62,112 nucleotides of DNA from Candidatus Omnitrophota bacterium (GTDB lineage Bacteria; Omnitrophota; Gorgyraeia; Duberdicusellales; 4484-171): positions 1 to 62,112 of the forward strand of contig JAIPGM010000010.1 of NCBI GenBank assembly GCA_021735655.1, in the 5' to 3' direction. Of this stretch, positions 36,585-47,716 are shown piece by piece (positions within the stretch are counted from its first letter, which is position 1; each line of letters begins with the position of its first letter). The notes beneath the pieces were generated by a model. It saw only the letters and a list, made by a program, of their open reading frames with translations. It was not told the origin of the DNA and ran no database searches. Both the position numbers and the translations under genes were made by a program.

Positions 36585-37574
36585 ATGAAAGTAGATAAGA
36601 AAAAGCTAAAAAGCATTGTTTCGCGTTTTGCCAAAAAGAATATTTTGGTAGTAGGGGATCTTATCCTCGATCACCATATTTTTGGCAAGGTCGACCGTAT
36701 TTCTCCGGAAGCTCCAGTTCCGGTAGTCTGGGCCCGGCAGGAGAGCTTTACCTGTGGTGGCGCAGCCAATGTCGGCCTTAACTTAAGGGCTTTTGATTCG
36801 GGAGTGAGCCTTTCTGGGGTAATCGGAAAGGATCACTTTGGCAAGACCCTATTTTCGCATATTAAAAGTAGAATGATTGGTACTGATCTTATTGTTAAGG
36901 ATAGTAAGCGGCCCACCACCTTAAAGACGCGAATAATGGCTCATCATCAGCAGGTAGTTAGGGTAGATTGGGAGTCGGTAGAATTTCTTTCTTCTAGAAT
37001 TAATCAGGCAATTTTAAGCAAAATTAAAAGTAATATTGATGATTATGATGGAGTCATTATTGAAGATTATGGTAAGGGTGTTATAAATCCTAATTTGGTT
37101 GAAGAGCTGGTGAAACTTTGCAAGAAGAAAAAAAAGATAATTACCGTTGATCCCAAGGAAGAGCATTTTGATTATTATGAAAATGTGACTGCACTTACCC
37201 CTAACCTTAATGAAGCTCAGGCAGCAGTTAATACTAAGATACGCAAGAAAAAGGATATAGAGTTTTTAGGTGAGATTATTATGAAGAAATTAAACCCTAA
37301 GGCATTACTGTTGACTCTTGGCGAAGATGGGATGATGTTGTTTACTGGGTCAACCCCACACCATATACCAACTCAGGCTCATGAGGTTTTTGATGTCACT
37401 GGGGCCGGTGATACAGTGATTGCCGTTTTCACTCTTGCTTTAAGCTGCGGCGCTACCTATAAGGAGGCAGCCATAATTTCTAATTTCGCTGCCGGAATTG
37501 TAGTTGGAAAGCTTGGTGCAGCTACAACGAGTAAAAAAGAGCTTTTTGAAAAAATAGATGGATATAGCAACTAA
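36585..37574 (+). CDS. hldA: D-glycero-beta-D-manno-heptose-7-phosphate kinase (RfaE domain I / HldA-like sugar kinase)
   Basis: pfkB-family ribokinase fold. N-terminal ILVVGDLILDHHIFGKVDRISPEAPVPVV matches RfaE domain I. Kinase domain only. Confidence 0.7.
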   Translation: MKVDKKKLKSIVSRFAKKNILVVGDLILDHHIFGKVDRISPEAPVPVVWARQESFTCGGAANVGLNLRAFDSGVSLSGVIGKDHFGKTLFSHIKSRMIGTDLIVKDSKRPTTLKTRIMAHHQQVVRVDWESVEFLSSRINQAILSKIKSNIDDYDGVIIEDYGKGVINPNLVEELVKLCKKKKKIITVDPKEEHFDYYENVTALTPNLNEAQAAVNTKIRKKKDIEFLGEIIMKKLNPKALLLTLGEDGMMLFTGSTPHHIPTQAHEVFDVTGAGDTVIAVFTLALSCGATYKEAAIISNFAAGIVVGKLGAATTSKKELFEKIDGYSN

Positions 37575-38301
37575 AGTAATTGGAGTTATACCAGCTCGCT
37601 ATGAGTCAACTAGGTTATCTCATAAGCTGTTGCGTAATTTAAAAGGTAAGCCTCTTATCCAGTGGACCTGGGAGGCAGCCAAAGAAGCACATCAGCTTGA
37701 TGAGCTTATTATTGCTTGCGATCATTCTGAACTTAAAAATTGCGCCGAGAGTTTTGGCGCTCAAGTTGTCTTAACTTCTCCGGCTCAACCTTCAGGTACC
37801 GACCGAATTGCTGAGGCAGTTTCTGATTTGGATGTAAAAATAGTTGTGAATATCCAGGCTGATGAGCCGTTGATTCACCCTTCGATAATTGATAATTTGG
37901 TTCAAGAGATGTTAGCTAATCCGGATATCTCAATGACCACGGCAAAGACAAGAATAGATCAAGATCAGGAAATAAATAACCCAAACGCAGTCAAGGTTGT
38001 TTGCGATAAGGATGGCTGGGCAATATACTTTTCACGTTTTGCAATTCCTTATTATCGTGGTCAGAGCACAGATAGGAATTATTATAAGCATTTAGGTATT
38101 TATGCTTACACGAAAGACTTTCTTTATACTTTTAAGAATCTTGAACCTTCAGCCTTAGAGAAGGCTGAGAAGCTAGAGCAACTTAGAGTTCTAGAGTCTG
38201 GATACAGGATAAAGGTTATTGAGACTAAGTTTAACTCTTGGGGAGTTGATACTGAAGAGGATTTACAACAGGTTGAACGTATCCTAATTGAGGGAAAGTA
38301 G
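37558..38301 (+). CDS. kdsB: 3-deoxy-manno-octulosonate cytidylyltransferase (CMP-KDO synthetase)
   Basis: VIGVIPARYESTRLSHKLLRNLKGKPLIQW is the KdsB N-terminal signature. Confidence 0.9.
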   Translation: MDIATKVIGVIPARYESTRLSHKLLRNLKGKPLIQWTWEAAKEAHQLDELIIACDHSELKNCAESFGAQVVLTSPAQPSGTDRIAEAVSDLDVKIVVNIQADEPLIHPSIIDNLVQEMLANPDISMTTAKTRIDQDQEINNPNAVKVVCDKDGWAIYFSRFAIPYYRGQSTDRNYYKHLGIYAYTKDFLYTFKNLEPSALEKAEKLEQLRVLESGYRIKVIETKFNSWGVDTEEDLQQVERILIEGK

Positions 38302-38315
38302 GGGTAGATGGTTAT

Positions 38316-39122
38316 TTGGGAGAAATCCGAATGAAACTAAACAAGAAATTTGTAGTTATCGCTGGTCCTTGTGTAATCGAAAGTAAAAGTTCAACTTTAG
38401 AGATTGCGAGCTATTTAAAGGAAAGTTTAAAGGACTACCCGGTTGAATTTATTTTTAAGGCTTCCTTTGATAAGGCAAATCGTACTTCCTTGGGTTCTTT
38501 TAGGGGGCCGGGCTTAGCAAAAGGCATAAAAATATTGGAAGAGGTTAAAAAGAAGCTTGGCTTACCAATTCTTAGCGATGTGCACACTCCTGAACAAGTT
38601 GGGCAGGTAAAAGATGTTTTGGATATTATTCAAATACCAGCCTTTTTGTGTCGGCAGACGGATATAGTTATTGAGGCGGCTAAAACTAAAAAAACCGTCA
38701 ATATTAAAAAAGGTCAGTTTATTTCGCCAACCGATGTTAAACATATTTTAAAAAAGATAGAATCTACCGGTAACAAAAATATTATTATTACCGAAAGAGG
38801 AAGTTGTTTCGGCTACAATAATTTAGTAGTTGATTTTAGATCATTTTTAATTATGAAGAAGTTTGGTTATCCGGTAATTTTCGACGCAACACATTCTTTG
38901 CAGCGACCATCGGCCCGTGGTGGAATTTCTGGCGGGGATCGGGAATTTGTTCAACCGATGAGTCTGGCTTCGGTTGCTTGTGGAGTGGATGGTCTGTTTT
39001 TGGAAGTTCACCCGGACCCTGAAGAAGCCTTGTCGGATAAATACACTTCTTATTCTTTAAAGAATCTGAGTGGGTTAATAAAAAAGGCTATGGGCTTGAG
39101 AGCGGTAGTGAAGGAAAGGTAG
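38316..39122 (+). CDS. kdsA: 2-dehydro-3-deoxyphosphooctonate aldolase (KDO-8-phosphate synthase)
   Basis: FVVIAGPCVIES and the DAHEM/KDO8PS TIM-barrel motifs (DATHSLQ). Confidence 0.9.
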   Translation: MGEIRMKLNKKFVVIAGPCVIESKSSTLEIASYLKESLKDYPVEFIFKASFDKANRTSLGSFRGPGLAKGIKILEEVKKKLGLPILSDVHTPEQVGQVKDVLDIIQIPAFLCRQTDIVIEAAKTKKTVNIKKGQFISPTDVKHILKKIESTGNKNIIITERGSCFGYNNLVVDFRSFLIMKKFGYPVIFDATHSLQRPSARGGISGGDREFVQPMSLASVACGVDGLFLEVHPDPEEALSDKYTSYSLKNLSGLIKKAMGLRAVVKER

Positions 39123-39126
39123 CAAG

Positions 39127-40107
39127 ATGAAACGTTTTAAAAGTAAGGAAATATTAGATTGGGCCGATGAAGTGCTATCGACCGAGATAGCCGGCATTGA
39201 CAAACTTAAGAAGAGCTTAAATCAGAAATTTCTCGATGCGGTAGCCATTCTTTATGGTTGTCGCGGCAGGATCGTAGTTACTGGAATGGGCAAAGCCGGT
39301 ATAATCGGCCAAAAATTTTCAGCTACTCTTTCTTCAACTGGGTCATCATCGTTTTGGCTTCATGCTGCTGAGGCAGTTCACGGAGATTTAGGCCGAATAA
39401 AAGATAACGATGTAGTGGTAGTGTTATCTTATAGTGGAGAGACCGACGAGATAAAACATCTAGTTCCTTTCATAAAGAAAATTGGCGCAAAAACAATTGC
39501 AATTACCGGAAGAGTTTCATCTAGCTTAGCTCGTTATTCGGATAGTGTTATCAGCGTTAAAGTGGACAAGGAGGCCTGCCCTTTAGGTTTAGCCCCGACG
39601 ACTTCTACTACGGCAATGCTTGCGGTTTGCGATGCTCTCTCGGTAGTTTTACAAAAGATGAAGGGATTCAAACAGAAAGATTTTGCTCTTTTCCACCCAC
39701 GGGGATCTTTGGGCAGGAAATTACTTTTGAGTGTCAAAGATGCAATGCGTACTCGAAAATATAACCCGGTAGTTTCTGAAGATGCTTTAGTTAAAGACGT
39801 ACTTTTAAAAATAACCACTCTCCATGCTGGAGCAGCTTCGATAGTAGACAAGACTGGTCGTTTGGTTGGCATTTTTACCGATGGGGACTTAAGGCGTAAT
39901 TTAGAGCGTTATCCACAACTGCTAAGGAAACGGGTAGCTTTAGTCATGACTAAGGATCCGACAGTGGTGAAAGATACGGATTTAGCCTCCCAGGCTTTGC
40001 GAATACTAGAGAAAAAGAAGATTGATGAAGTTCCGGTTGTTGATGCTAAATATCGGCCGGTAGGCATGCTTGATATCCAGGATTTAATCGCCGCCGGAAT
40101 TATTTAA
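39127..40107 (+). CDS. kdsD: Arabinose-5-phosphate isomerase (SIS domain + tandem CBS)
   Basis: SIS domain (GRIVVTGMGKAGIIGQKFSATL) followed by two CBS domains. Confidence 0.9.
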   Translation: MKRFKSKEILDWADEVLSTEIAGIDKLKKSLNQKFLDAVAILYGCRGRIVVTGMGKAGIIGQKFSATLSSTGSSSFWLHAAEAVHGDLGRIKDNDVVVVLSYSGETDEIKHLVPFIKKIGAKTIAITGRVSSSLARYSDSVISVKVDKEACPLGLAPTTSTTAMLAVCDALSVVLQKMKGFKQKDFALFHPRGSLGRKLLLSVKDAMRTRKYNPVVSEDALVKDVLLKITTLHAGAASIVDKTGRLVGIFTDGDLRRNLERYPQLLRKRVALVMTKDPTVVKDTDLASQALRILEKKKIDEVPVVDAKYRPVGMLDIQDLIAAGII

Positions 40108-40121
40108 GGATTAAATTATAT

Positions 40122-40661
40122 ATGGCGAAAAAGGAAATAGTCAACAAGTTATTTAAAAATATTAAACTGTTAATTCTTGACGTAGACGGAGTTTTGACTA
40201 AAGGTGAGATTATCTATGATAATGAGGACAGAGAACTTAAGATTTTTAACGTTAAAGATGGCTTAGGCGTTTTTCTTTTACGAAAATTAGGGATTAAGAC
40301 AATTTTTCTTTCAGCTCGAAATTCAAAAATGCTTAAAAGGCGTGCTAAAGATATGAGGGTGGCTGAAGTAATAGGCGGAATCATGCCTAAAGAGAAAACA
40401 CTTGGTGGAATTAAAAGAAAATATAAGGTAAGCGAAAAAGAAATTTGTTTTATTGGCGATGATTTAATCGATTTAGGAATGATTAACAGGGTAGGCTTAG
40501 GTATTGCCGTTAACGATGCGCCGCCAATAGTAAGAAAAGCCGCCAGCTACGTCACTGCAAAAAATGGTGGTGAGGGTGCGGTTAGAGAAGTAGTTGATCT
40601 AATTATTAAATATCAAAAATTAGAGAAAAAAATCTATAGAATTTTAGAAAATCCGAGGTAA
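40122..40661 (+). CDS. kdsC: 3-deoxy-D-manno-octulosonate 8-phosphate phosphatase
   Basis: HAD motif LILDVDGVLTKGEIIYDNEDRELKIFNVKDG typical of KdsC. Confidence 0.85.
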   Translation: MAKKEIVNKLFKNIKLLILDVDGVLTKGEIIYDNEDRELKIFNVKDGLGVFLLRKLGIKTIFLSARNSKMLKRRAKDMRVAEVIGGIMPKEKTLGGIKRKYKVSEKEICFIGDDLIDLGMINRVGLGIAVNDAPPIVRKAASYVTAKNGGEGAVREVVDLIIKYQKLEKKIYRILENPR

Positions 40662-40714
40662 GTTTTAGTTTTTGCGGTTGACTTTATGAGGTAATTTGAT
40701 ATAGTAGGCTGTTT

Positions 40715-41518
40715 ATGAAAAGCATTTTTATTGCAATTATTTTTATTTCTATAGCTGTGAATACACAAGCCTATTCGCAGCAAAAAATTAATGATTTCTA
40801 TCTTTCTAACTTTAAAGAGGATGGTACTCATGATTGGGAAGTACGTGGGGTTGAGGCGATGGTTTATGATGAGTATGTTGATATTGAGAAAATGAATGCT
40901 CATTATTACCTTGAGGACGATACGATTCAAATAACTTCAGATAGCGCCCGCTTGAATAAGGAAAATATGGACGTTCATCTAGAAAACAACGTAAACATTA
41001 CCAATAAAGAAGGAGCAAGGATAATTACTGATTCTTTAGATTGGCAAAATAGTAAAAACCTTATTCATACTCAAGATTGGGTAAAAGCGACCAGAGATGA
41101 AATGCAGATAACTGCACAGGGGATGAGCGCTGATACCGAGATGCAAAGCGCTGATTTTAAAAAAGACGTTGAAGTTAGTTTTCCTGATCAGGAGACTAAA
41201 ATCCCGATCACTGCTAATTGTACTGGACCATTAGAGATTGAATATAGTGAGGGAAAAGCAATTTTTCATGATGACGTGGTGGTTACTCATGTTCAAGGTA
41301 AGGTTTATTCGGATAAGTGTACTTTATTTTTTAATACTGAGACAAAGGCAATAATTAAAATAGTTTCTGAAGGTAATGTAAAGATTTTTCGTGACGGTAG
41401 CGAAACTTATGCTGAGCAAGCAACTTATTTTGGTCCGGAAGATAAACTTGTTTTAGAGGGAAGACCGAGATTAATTTATTACATTGAAGAAGGAAACAGT
41501 AGCTTAGGCGGACTATGA
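40715..41518 (+). CDS. OstA-like periplasmic LPS transport protein (LptA and/or LptC-LptA fusion-like)
   Basis: Signal peptide and beta-jellyroll-like repeat pattern. Conserved position between kdsC and lptB. At 267 aa it is longer than single LptA or LptC. Confidence 0.55.
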   Translation: MKSIFIAIIFISIAVNTQAYSQQKINDFYLSNFKEDGTHDWEVRGVEAMVYDEYVDIEKMNAHYYLEDDTIQITSDSARLNKENMDVHLENNVNITNKEGARIITDSLDWQNSKNLIHTQDWVKATRDEMQITAQGMSADTEMQSADFKKDVEVSFPDQETKIPITANCTGPLEIEYSEGKAIFHDDVVVTHVQGKVYSDKCTLFFNTETKAIIKIVSEGNVKIFRDGSETYAEQATYFGPEDKLVLEGRPRLIYYIEEGNSSLGGL

Positions 41519-42237
41519 GGTTACTTGAGGTTAGCGGTTTAACAAAGTCTTACGGACCTAAGACCGTAGTGCGCGAAGTTTCGCTTTCAGTTAAGAGAGG
41601 CGAGATCGTTGGCTTGCTCGGACCAAACGGAGCTGGAAAGACTACGACTTTTTATATGGTTGTTGGGATAATCGCTCCGGATAAAGGGCATATTCTATTT
41701 GATAATCGTGAGATAACTTCATTTGCTATCCATACTCGGGCAAAATTCGGGATCGGTTATCTTTCACAAGATCCTTCGGTATTTCGTAAGCTCAGCGTAG
41801 AAGATAATATTATGGCGGTTTTAGAAACCTTACCACTTTTAAGGGCAGAGCGTCGCAGGCGGCTAGAAGATTTATTGAAAGAATTAAACATAGCCCATTT
41901 ACGTAAAAGTAAGGCTTATACTTTGAGTGGTGGCGAGATGCGGCGGCTTGAGATTACTAGGGCTTTAGTAACTAATCCTTCATTTCTTCTTTTGGATGAA
42001 CCTTTTTCGGGCATTGATCCGATTGTTGTTGGCGAAGCCAAAGAGATAATTTCTGAGCTTAAAAATAAAGGTATTGGTATTCTTATTACTGATCATAATG
42101 TGAGAGAGACTCTTTCTATTACTGATCGGGCATACTTAATTTCCGAAGGGAAGATTCTAATTTCCGGTAGTTCCGATGATCTAATCAATCACGATGAGAC
42201 TCGCAAAGTTTATTTAGGTAAAGATTTTCGCATGTAA
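41515..42237 (+). CDS. lptB: LPS export ABC transporter ATP-binding protein
   Basis: Walker A GPNGAGKTT, signature LSGGEMRRLEI, Walker B LLLDEP. 240 aa, following the lptC/A-like gene. Confidence 0.9.
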   Translation: MRLLEVSGLTKSYGPKTVVREVSLSVKRGEIVGLLGPNGAGKTTTFYMVVGIIAPDKGHILFDNREITSFAIHTRAKFGIGYLSQDPSVFRKLSVEDNIMAVLETLPLLRAERRRRLEDLLKELNIAHLRKSKAYTLSGGEMRRLEITRALVTNPSFLLLDEPFSGIDPIVVGEAKEIISELKNKGIGILITDHNVRETLSITDRAYLISEGKILISGSSDDLINHDETRKVYLGKDFRM

Positions 42238-42253
42238 AATAACGGGGTGAATA

Positions 42254-43141
42254 ATGAAAGTAGAAGTAAAAAAAATTGATAAGCTGAAACGAAAGCTTGA
42301 AATTAAAGTTAGCGGCGAGGAATTTTTAAAGGAAAAAAAAGAGGCTTATCAGCCACACCTAAAAAGTCTCAAGGTTCCGGGATTTAGGCCGGGAGCTGCG
42401 CCAATAGATATTATTGAAAAGCATCATGGAGCACTTCTTAGGGACGAGTTATTAAAGAGAGTCTTGCCGATTTTTTATGGTCAAGCTTTAAAGCAGGAAA
42501 GTATATCTCCAGCTGGCTATCCTGAGATTTCTGATGTCGAGCTAACCAAAGATGCTTTGTCGTTTTCGGCAGAACTCGAGGCAAGACCGGAAATCGAGGT
42601 TACTGAGGCTAATTATAAAGGAATAAAGATTAAGGATAAAAAAATTGAGATTAAGGCTCAGGACATAGAGAAGGTTATCACTAACTTGCAAGACGGGGTT
42701 AAAAAGGTTATTCAAAAGAGTCTTGATGATGAGGAGTTGTCACGTTGGGCTTCTTATCCGGATAGTTCATTTTTGCGTGAAGCTATAAAGGGCCAGCTAT
42801 TTGTTGAAAAATTACGCGAGCGTAAGCAAAAAGTCGAGCAGCAAATAAGGACCCATCTTTTAAAGGCGGTAAAAATAGATATACCTAAAAGTGAAGTCGA
42901 ATATTACCATAAGCAGTTGCTTGACCGTGAAATTTATAATTTACAGCGTCAGGGGATTCCTGAAAAAGATATAGATAAATATAAAGATGATTTGAAAGAG
43001 AAATTATTACCTATGGCTGAAGAGGAGATAAAATTAACTTATGTTTTAGAGGCGGTAGCTAAAAAAGAGAATATCAAAACTGAGGCTAATTTAATTGAGG
43101 TCGTATTTGGGTTTATCTTAAGTCAAGCTAAGTACGAATAA
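42254..43141 (+). CDS. tig: Trigger factor-like protein lacking the PPIase domain
   Basis: N-terminal ribosome-binding domain with a GFRPG signature. Total length 295 aa versus about 430 aa for canonical TF. Sits upstream of clpP as in the tig-clpP-clpX order. Confidence 0.65.
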   Translation: MKVEVKKIDKLKRKLEIKVSGEEFLKEKKEAYQPHLKSLKVPGFRPGAAPIDIIEKHHGALLRDELLKRVLPIFYGQALKQESISPAGYPEISDVELTKDALSFSAELEARPEIEVTEANYKGIKIKDKKIEIKAQDIEKVITNLQDGVKKVIQKSLDDEELSRWASYPDSSFLREAIKGQLFVEKLRERKQKVEQQIRTHLLKAVKIDIPKSEVEYYHKQLLDREIYNLQRQGIPEKDIDKYKDDLKEKLLPMAEEEIKLTYVLEAVAKKENIKTEANLIEVVFGFILSQAKYE

Positions 43142-43163
43142 GACAAGAAGGGGGTAAGCAAGG

Positions 43164-43772
43164 ATGAAAAACCAAATGTATGTTCCAATGGTGATTGAAC
43201 AGACAGGAAGAGTCGAGCGTGCGTATGACATATATTCTCGCCTCCTCAAAGACAGGATTATTTTTATCGGTACGCCAATCGATGACAACATAGCCAATGT
43301 CGTGATTGCTCAAATGTTATTTTTACAGATGGAAGATGTCAATAAGGATATCGGAATATATATTAATACTCCGGGAGGGGTTATTACTGCTGGCATGGCC
43401 ATTTACGATACAATGCAGTTTGTTAAATGCGATGTTGCGACTTATTGTGTAGGCCAAGCAGCTTCGATGGGGGCTTTGCTCCTTTGTGCTGGAGCAAAGG
43501 GTAAACGTTACACTTTGCCTAATTCACGGATTATGATTCATCAGCCTTGGGGTGGAGTTCAGGGAACGGCTGAGGATATTTCAAGACAAACCGATGAGAT
43601 TTTACGTCTTCGGTCAAAAGTTAATGAAATATTATCGTTTCATACTGGAAAATCATTAGACAAGATTAAGCAAGATACTGATCGGGATTATTTCATGAGC
43701 GCAGATGAATCAAAAAAATATGGCATCGTAGATGAAGTAATAAATCCGACAAAACAATCTAAGAAAAAATAA
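43164..43772 (+). CDS. clpP: ATP-dependent Clp protease proteolytic subunit
   Basis: [24 protein letters not shown] and [11 protein letters not shown] (Ser active site), and a His motif. Confidence 0.9.
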   Translation: MKNQMYVPMVIEQTGRVERAYDIYSRLLKDRIIFIGTPIDDNIANVVIAQMLFLQMEDVNKDIGIYINTPGGVITAGMAIYDTMQFVKCDVATYCVGQAASMGALLLCAGAKGKRYTLPNSRIMIHQPWGGVQGTAEDISRQTDEILRLRSKVNEILSFHTGKSLDKIKQDTDRDYFMSADESKKYGIVDEVINPTKQSKKK

Positions 43773-43879
43773 TAGTTTAGCAATTGATTGGGTTAGATGA
43801 AGAGTGTTAAAAAGATAATACCCTTAAGGGGTACTTTGTGCTTAGGATTAGCCAAAGTTTAAAATTTGCTAGGAGTTAG

Positions 43880-45139
<1,260 letters not shown>

Positions 45140-45151
45140 AGGAGTGAGTTT

Positions 45152-47263
45152 ATGAATTCGATTTTAGTAGTTTTCTTTGGGGCATTTTTGGCAATTAGTT
45201 TTTGTGGCTATCTTATTCGTTGGATATTTAGTCAGCCCGAAGGTAATGAGACTATGAAAACCATCTCGGGTTATATTTTTAAAGGTGCCAAGGGCTATCT
45301 GAGACAACAGTATAAGGTAGTTTCTATTTTCTTTGCTGTGGTCTTCGTCGTTCTTCTAGCAATGGCACTTAAAGGTTTTTTAGTTATATTTGTTCCTTTT
45401 GCTTTTTTAACTGGTGGTTTATTTAGTGGTTTTTGTGGTTGGTTGGGGATGTATGTAGCAACTAAGTCTAATGCCCGTACTGCTTATGCCGCTCAGCAAA
45501 GTTTAAATAAAGGCCTGCGAGTTGCCTTTAGTGCTGGTACGGTTATGGGCTTTATGGTCGTAGGTCTTGGTTTGCTTGAGATGGCCAGTTGGTTTGTTAT
45601 TTTGAAATGGTACTATGCCAGTCATGCCTTACCTCAAGGAAGCGATCTTTTAACCGCTATCACTTCAACCATGCTTTGTTTTGGGATGGGTGCATCTAGC
45701 TATGCTCTTTTTGCTCGTTTGGGCGGAGGTATCTACACTAAGGCGGCTGATGTTGGTGCTGATTTGGTGGGAAAAGTAGAAGCCGGGATTCCCGAAGATG
45801 ATCCCCGAAACCCAGCCGTAATTGCCGATTTGGTAGGTGACAATGTTGGTGATGTTGCTGGAATGGGAGCTGATCTTTACGAATCATACGTTGATTCAAT
45901 TGTGGCCACTATGGCTTTAGCCGCAGCTGCCGGTTTGGGTATAAATGGTGTAATTACTCCGTTACTTATGGCCGCTTGTGGAGTTGTCGCTTCTCTGATT
46001 GGATTCTTCTTTGTGAAGACTAAGGAAAATGCTACTCAGAAAACATTATTGCGGGCTCTCCGCAAGGGAGTTTGGACGGCATCCGCTTTGGTAATTGTAT
46101 TTTCTTTTTTAGTAGTTATTTTTGTTTTAGGCAAAAGCTACATTGGAATCTTTGGCTCAGTTATAATTGGTCTTATGGCTGGAGTTTTTATCGGTCAATT
46201 TACTGAGTACTTTACTTCAGCTGTACATGGCCCGACTAAGGCCTTGGCTGAATCTTCAAAAACCGGTCCAGCTACTATGATTATTGAAGGAATGGCCTTA
46301 GGTATGCTTTCACCGGTAGGGGCAGTTTTTACTGTCAGTTGTGCTATTTTGGGAAGTTTTGCTGTTAGTGGCGGTTTTAGCAATTTTGGAATGGGTCTTT
46401 ACGGTGTAGGTATCTCAGCGGTTGGGATGCTTTCTACTTTAGGTATAACTTTGGCTACCGATGCTTATGGCCCAGTTGCCGACAATGCTGGAGGGATTGC
46501 TGAGATGGCCGGATTACCTAAAGAGGTGCGTGATCGAACCGATCAGCTTGATTCTTTAGGCAATACAACTGCTGCAACCGGAAAAGGGTTTGCTATTGGT
46601 TCAGCAGCCTTAACTGCTCTAGCGTTAATAGTTGCTTATCGTGACCACGTTATCCACGAAGCAGTGCGTTTGGGGGTAAATGTGTCAATGGATATAAGCC
46701 TTTTTGACCCTAATGTGATTATTGGAATTTTTATCGGTGCGATGATGCCTTTTGTATTTTGCGCTTTTTCTCTGCAAGCAGCAGGAAGAGCTGCTGGGAC
46801 AATTATTGAAGAGGCCAGAAGGCAATTTCGTGAGATAAAAGGTTTACTTGAGGGTAAAGCAGAGGCTGATTATTCACGCTGTGTTGTTTTAACTACTAAA
46901 GCTGCCCAGCGTCAGATGATACTTCCATCGCTTTTAGCGATTATTGCTCCTATCGTGGTTGGGTTATGTTTGGGGGTAAGAGGCGAGGTTGGCCTTTTAG
47001 TTGGAGCTTTATCTTCGGGATTTGTTTTAGCTATTTTTATGGCTAATTCCGGTGGTGCTTGGGATAATGCAAAAAAATATATCGAAGCCGGAAACCTCGG
47101 CGGTAAAGGTTCTGATTCCCATAAGGCTGCAGTTTGTGGCGATACAGTGGGGGATCCTTTTAAGGATACGGCTGGACCATCATTAAATATTCTTATTAAG
47201 TTGATGTCGATGGTCTCTATAGTATTTAGTGGATTAATCATTAGTTACAGTTTTTTTAAATAA
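45152..47263 (+). CDS. hppA: Membrane-bound proton/sodium-translocating pyrophosphatase
   Basis: 703 aa polytopic protein with [20 protein letters not shown] and DNVGDNVGD motifs, diagnostic of H+-PPases. Confidence 0.9.
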   Translation: MNSILVVFFGAFLAISFCGYLIRWIFSQPEGNETMKTISGYIFKGAKGYLRQQYKVVSIFFAVVFVVLLAMALKGFLVIFVPFAFLTGGLFSGFCGWLGMYVATKSNARTAYAAQQSLNKGLRVAFSAGTVMGFMVVGLGLLEMASWFVILKWYYASHALPQGSDLLTAITSTMLCFGMGASSYALFARLGGGIYTKAADVGADLVGKVEAGIPEDDPRNPAVIADLVGDNVGDVAGMGADLYESYVDSIVATMALAAAAGLGINGVITPLLMAACGVVASLIGFFFVKTKENATQKTLLRALRKGVWTASALVIVFSFLVVIFVLGKSYIGIFGSVIIGLMAGVFIGQFTEYFTSAVHGPTKALAESSKTGPATMIIEGMALGMLSPVGAVFTVSCAILGSFAVSGGFSNFGMGLYGVGISAVGMLSTLGITLATDAYGPVADNAGGIAEMAGLPKEVRDRTDQLDSLGNTTAATGKGFAIGSAALTALALIVAYRDHVIHEAVRLGVNVSMDISLFDPNVIIGIFIGAMMPFVFCAFSLQAAGRAAGTIIEEARRQFREIKGLLEGKAEADYSRCVVLTTKAAQRQMILPSLLAIIAPIVVGLCLGVRGEVGLLVGALSSGFVLAIFMANSGGAWDNAKKYIEAGNLGGKGSDSHKAAVCGDTVGDPFKDTAGPSLNILIKLMSMVSIVFSGLIISYSFFK

Positions 47264-47357
47264 GTTGGGCGATTTTTTTCTAAATAAACGCCAGGCAAAG
47301 TTGGGGCAGACTCTTATTTCCGGGTTTTTTGGCCTAATTTCTTAATTTTACCTTCCT

Positions 47358-47385
47358 TTGAAATCCTCTAAATTTTTGATATAAT
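47358..47385 (+). promoter_or_regulatory. Sigma70-like promoter with extended -10 (TTGAAA-16 nt-TGaTATAAT) giving a near-leaderless transcript for the ORF at 47395
   Basis: -35 at 47358..47363, -10 TATAAT at 47380..47385 preceded by TG. The ATG at 47395 is only about 10 nt downstream, and no SD is present. Confidence 0.4.
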
Positions 47386-47394
47386 AAGCCCCTT

Positions 47395-47715
47395 ATGGAT
47401 AAGAGTTATATTCACTATCAAGATAGTTTGAAGCTTAAAGAGCGAGAGTGGGATGAGCTCTGTATACGCTGTGGTGGCTGTTGTGGGGCATACGATGATC
47501 CTTGCAAACATCTAAGGGAAGATGAAACTGGTTCGTTTTACTGTGAAGTTTACGACCAACGTTTCGGCACCCAGAAAACCGTAAGCGGAGAGGCATTTGA
47601 CTGTGTTTTGGTTAAGCAAATATTACATACTTACTGGAAGAAGGATCATCTTTGTGCGTACAAGCAGTACCTGAAGATGCCTTGGAAGACGTCTGATTCA
47701 AAAAAAAACATTTAA
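47395..47715 (+). CDS. Cys-rich protein with CxxCxxCC motif (YkgJ/UPF0153-like putative Fe-S/zinc-binding)
   Basis: CIRCGGCCGAYDDPC matches the CxxCxxCC family motif, with four further Cys downstream. Confidence 0.45.
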   Translation: MDKSYIHYQDSLKLKEREWDELCIRCGGCCGAYDDPCKHLREDETGSFYCEVYDQRFGTQKTVSGEAFDCVLVKQILHTYWKKDHLCAYKQYLKMPWKTSDSKKNI

Positions 47716-47716
47716 A

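Noticed and set aside
40634-40930. 98 aa minus-strand ORF spanning the kdsC/lptC-like junction
   Set aside because: Overlaps the ends of two conserved, translationally coupled + strand genes. No independent support.
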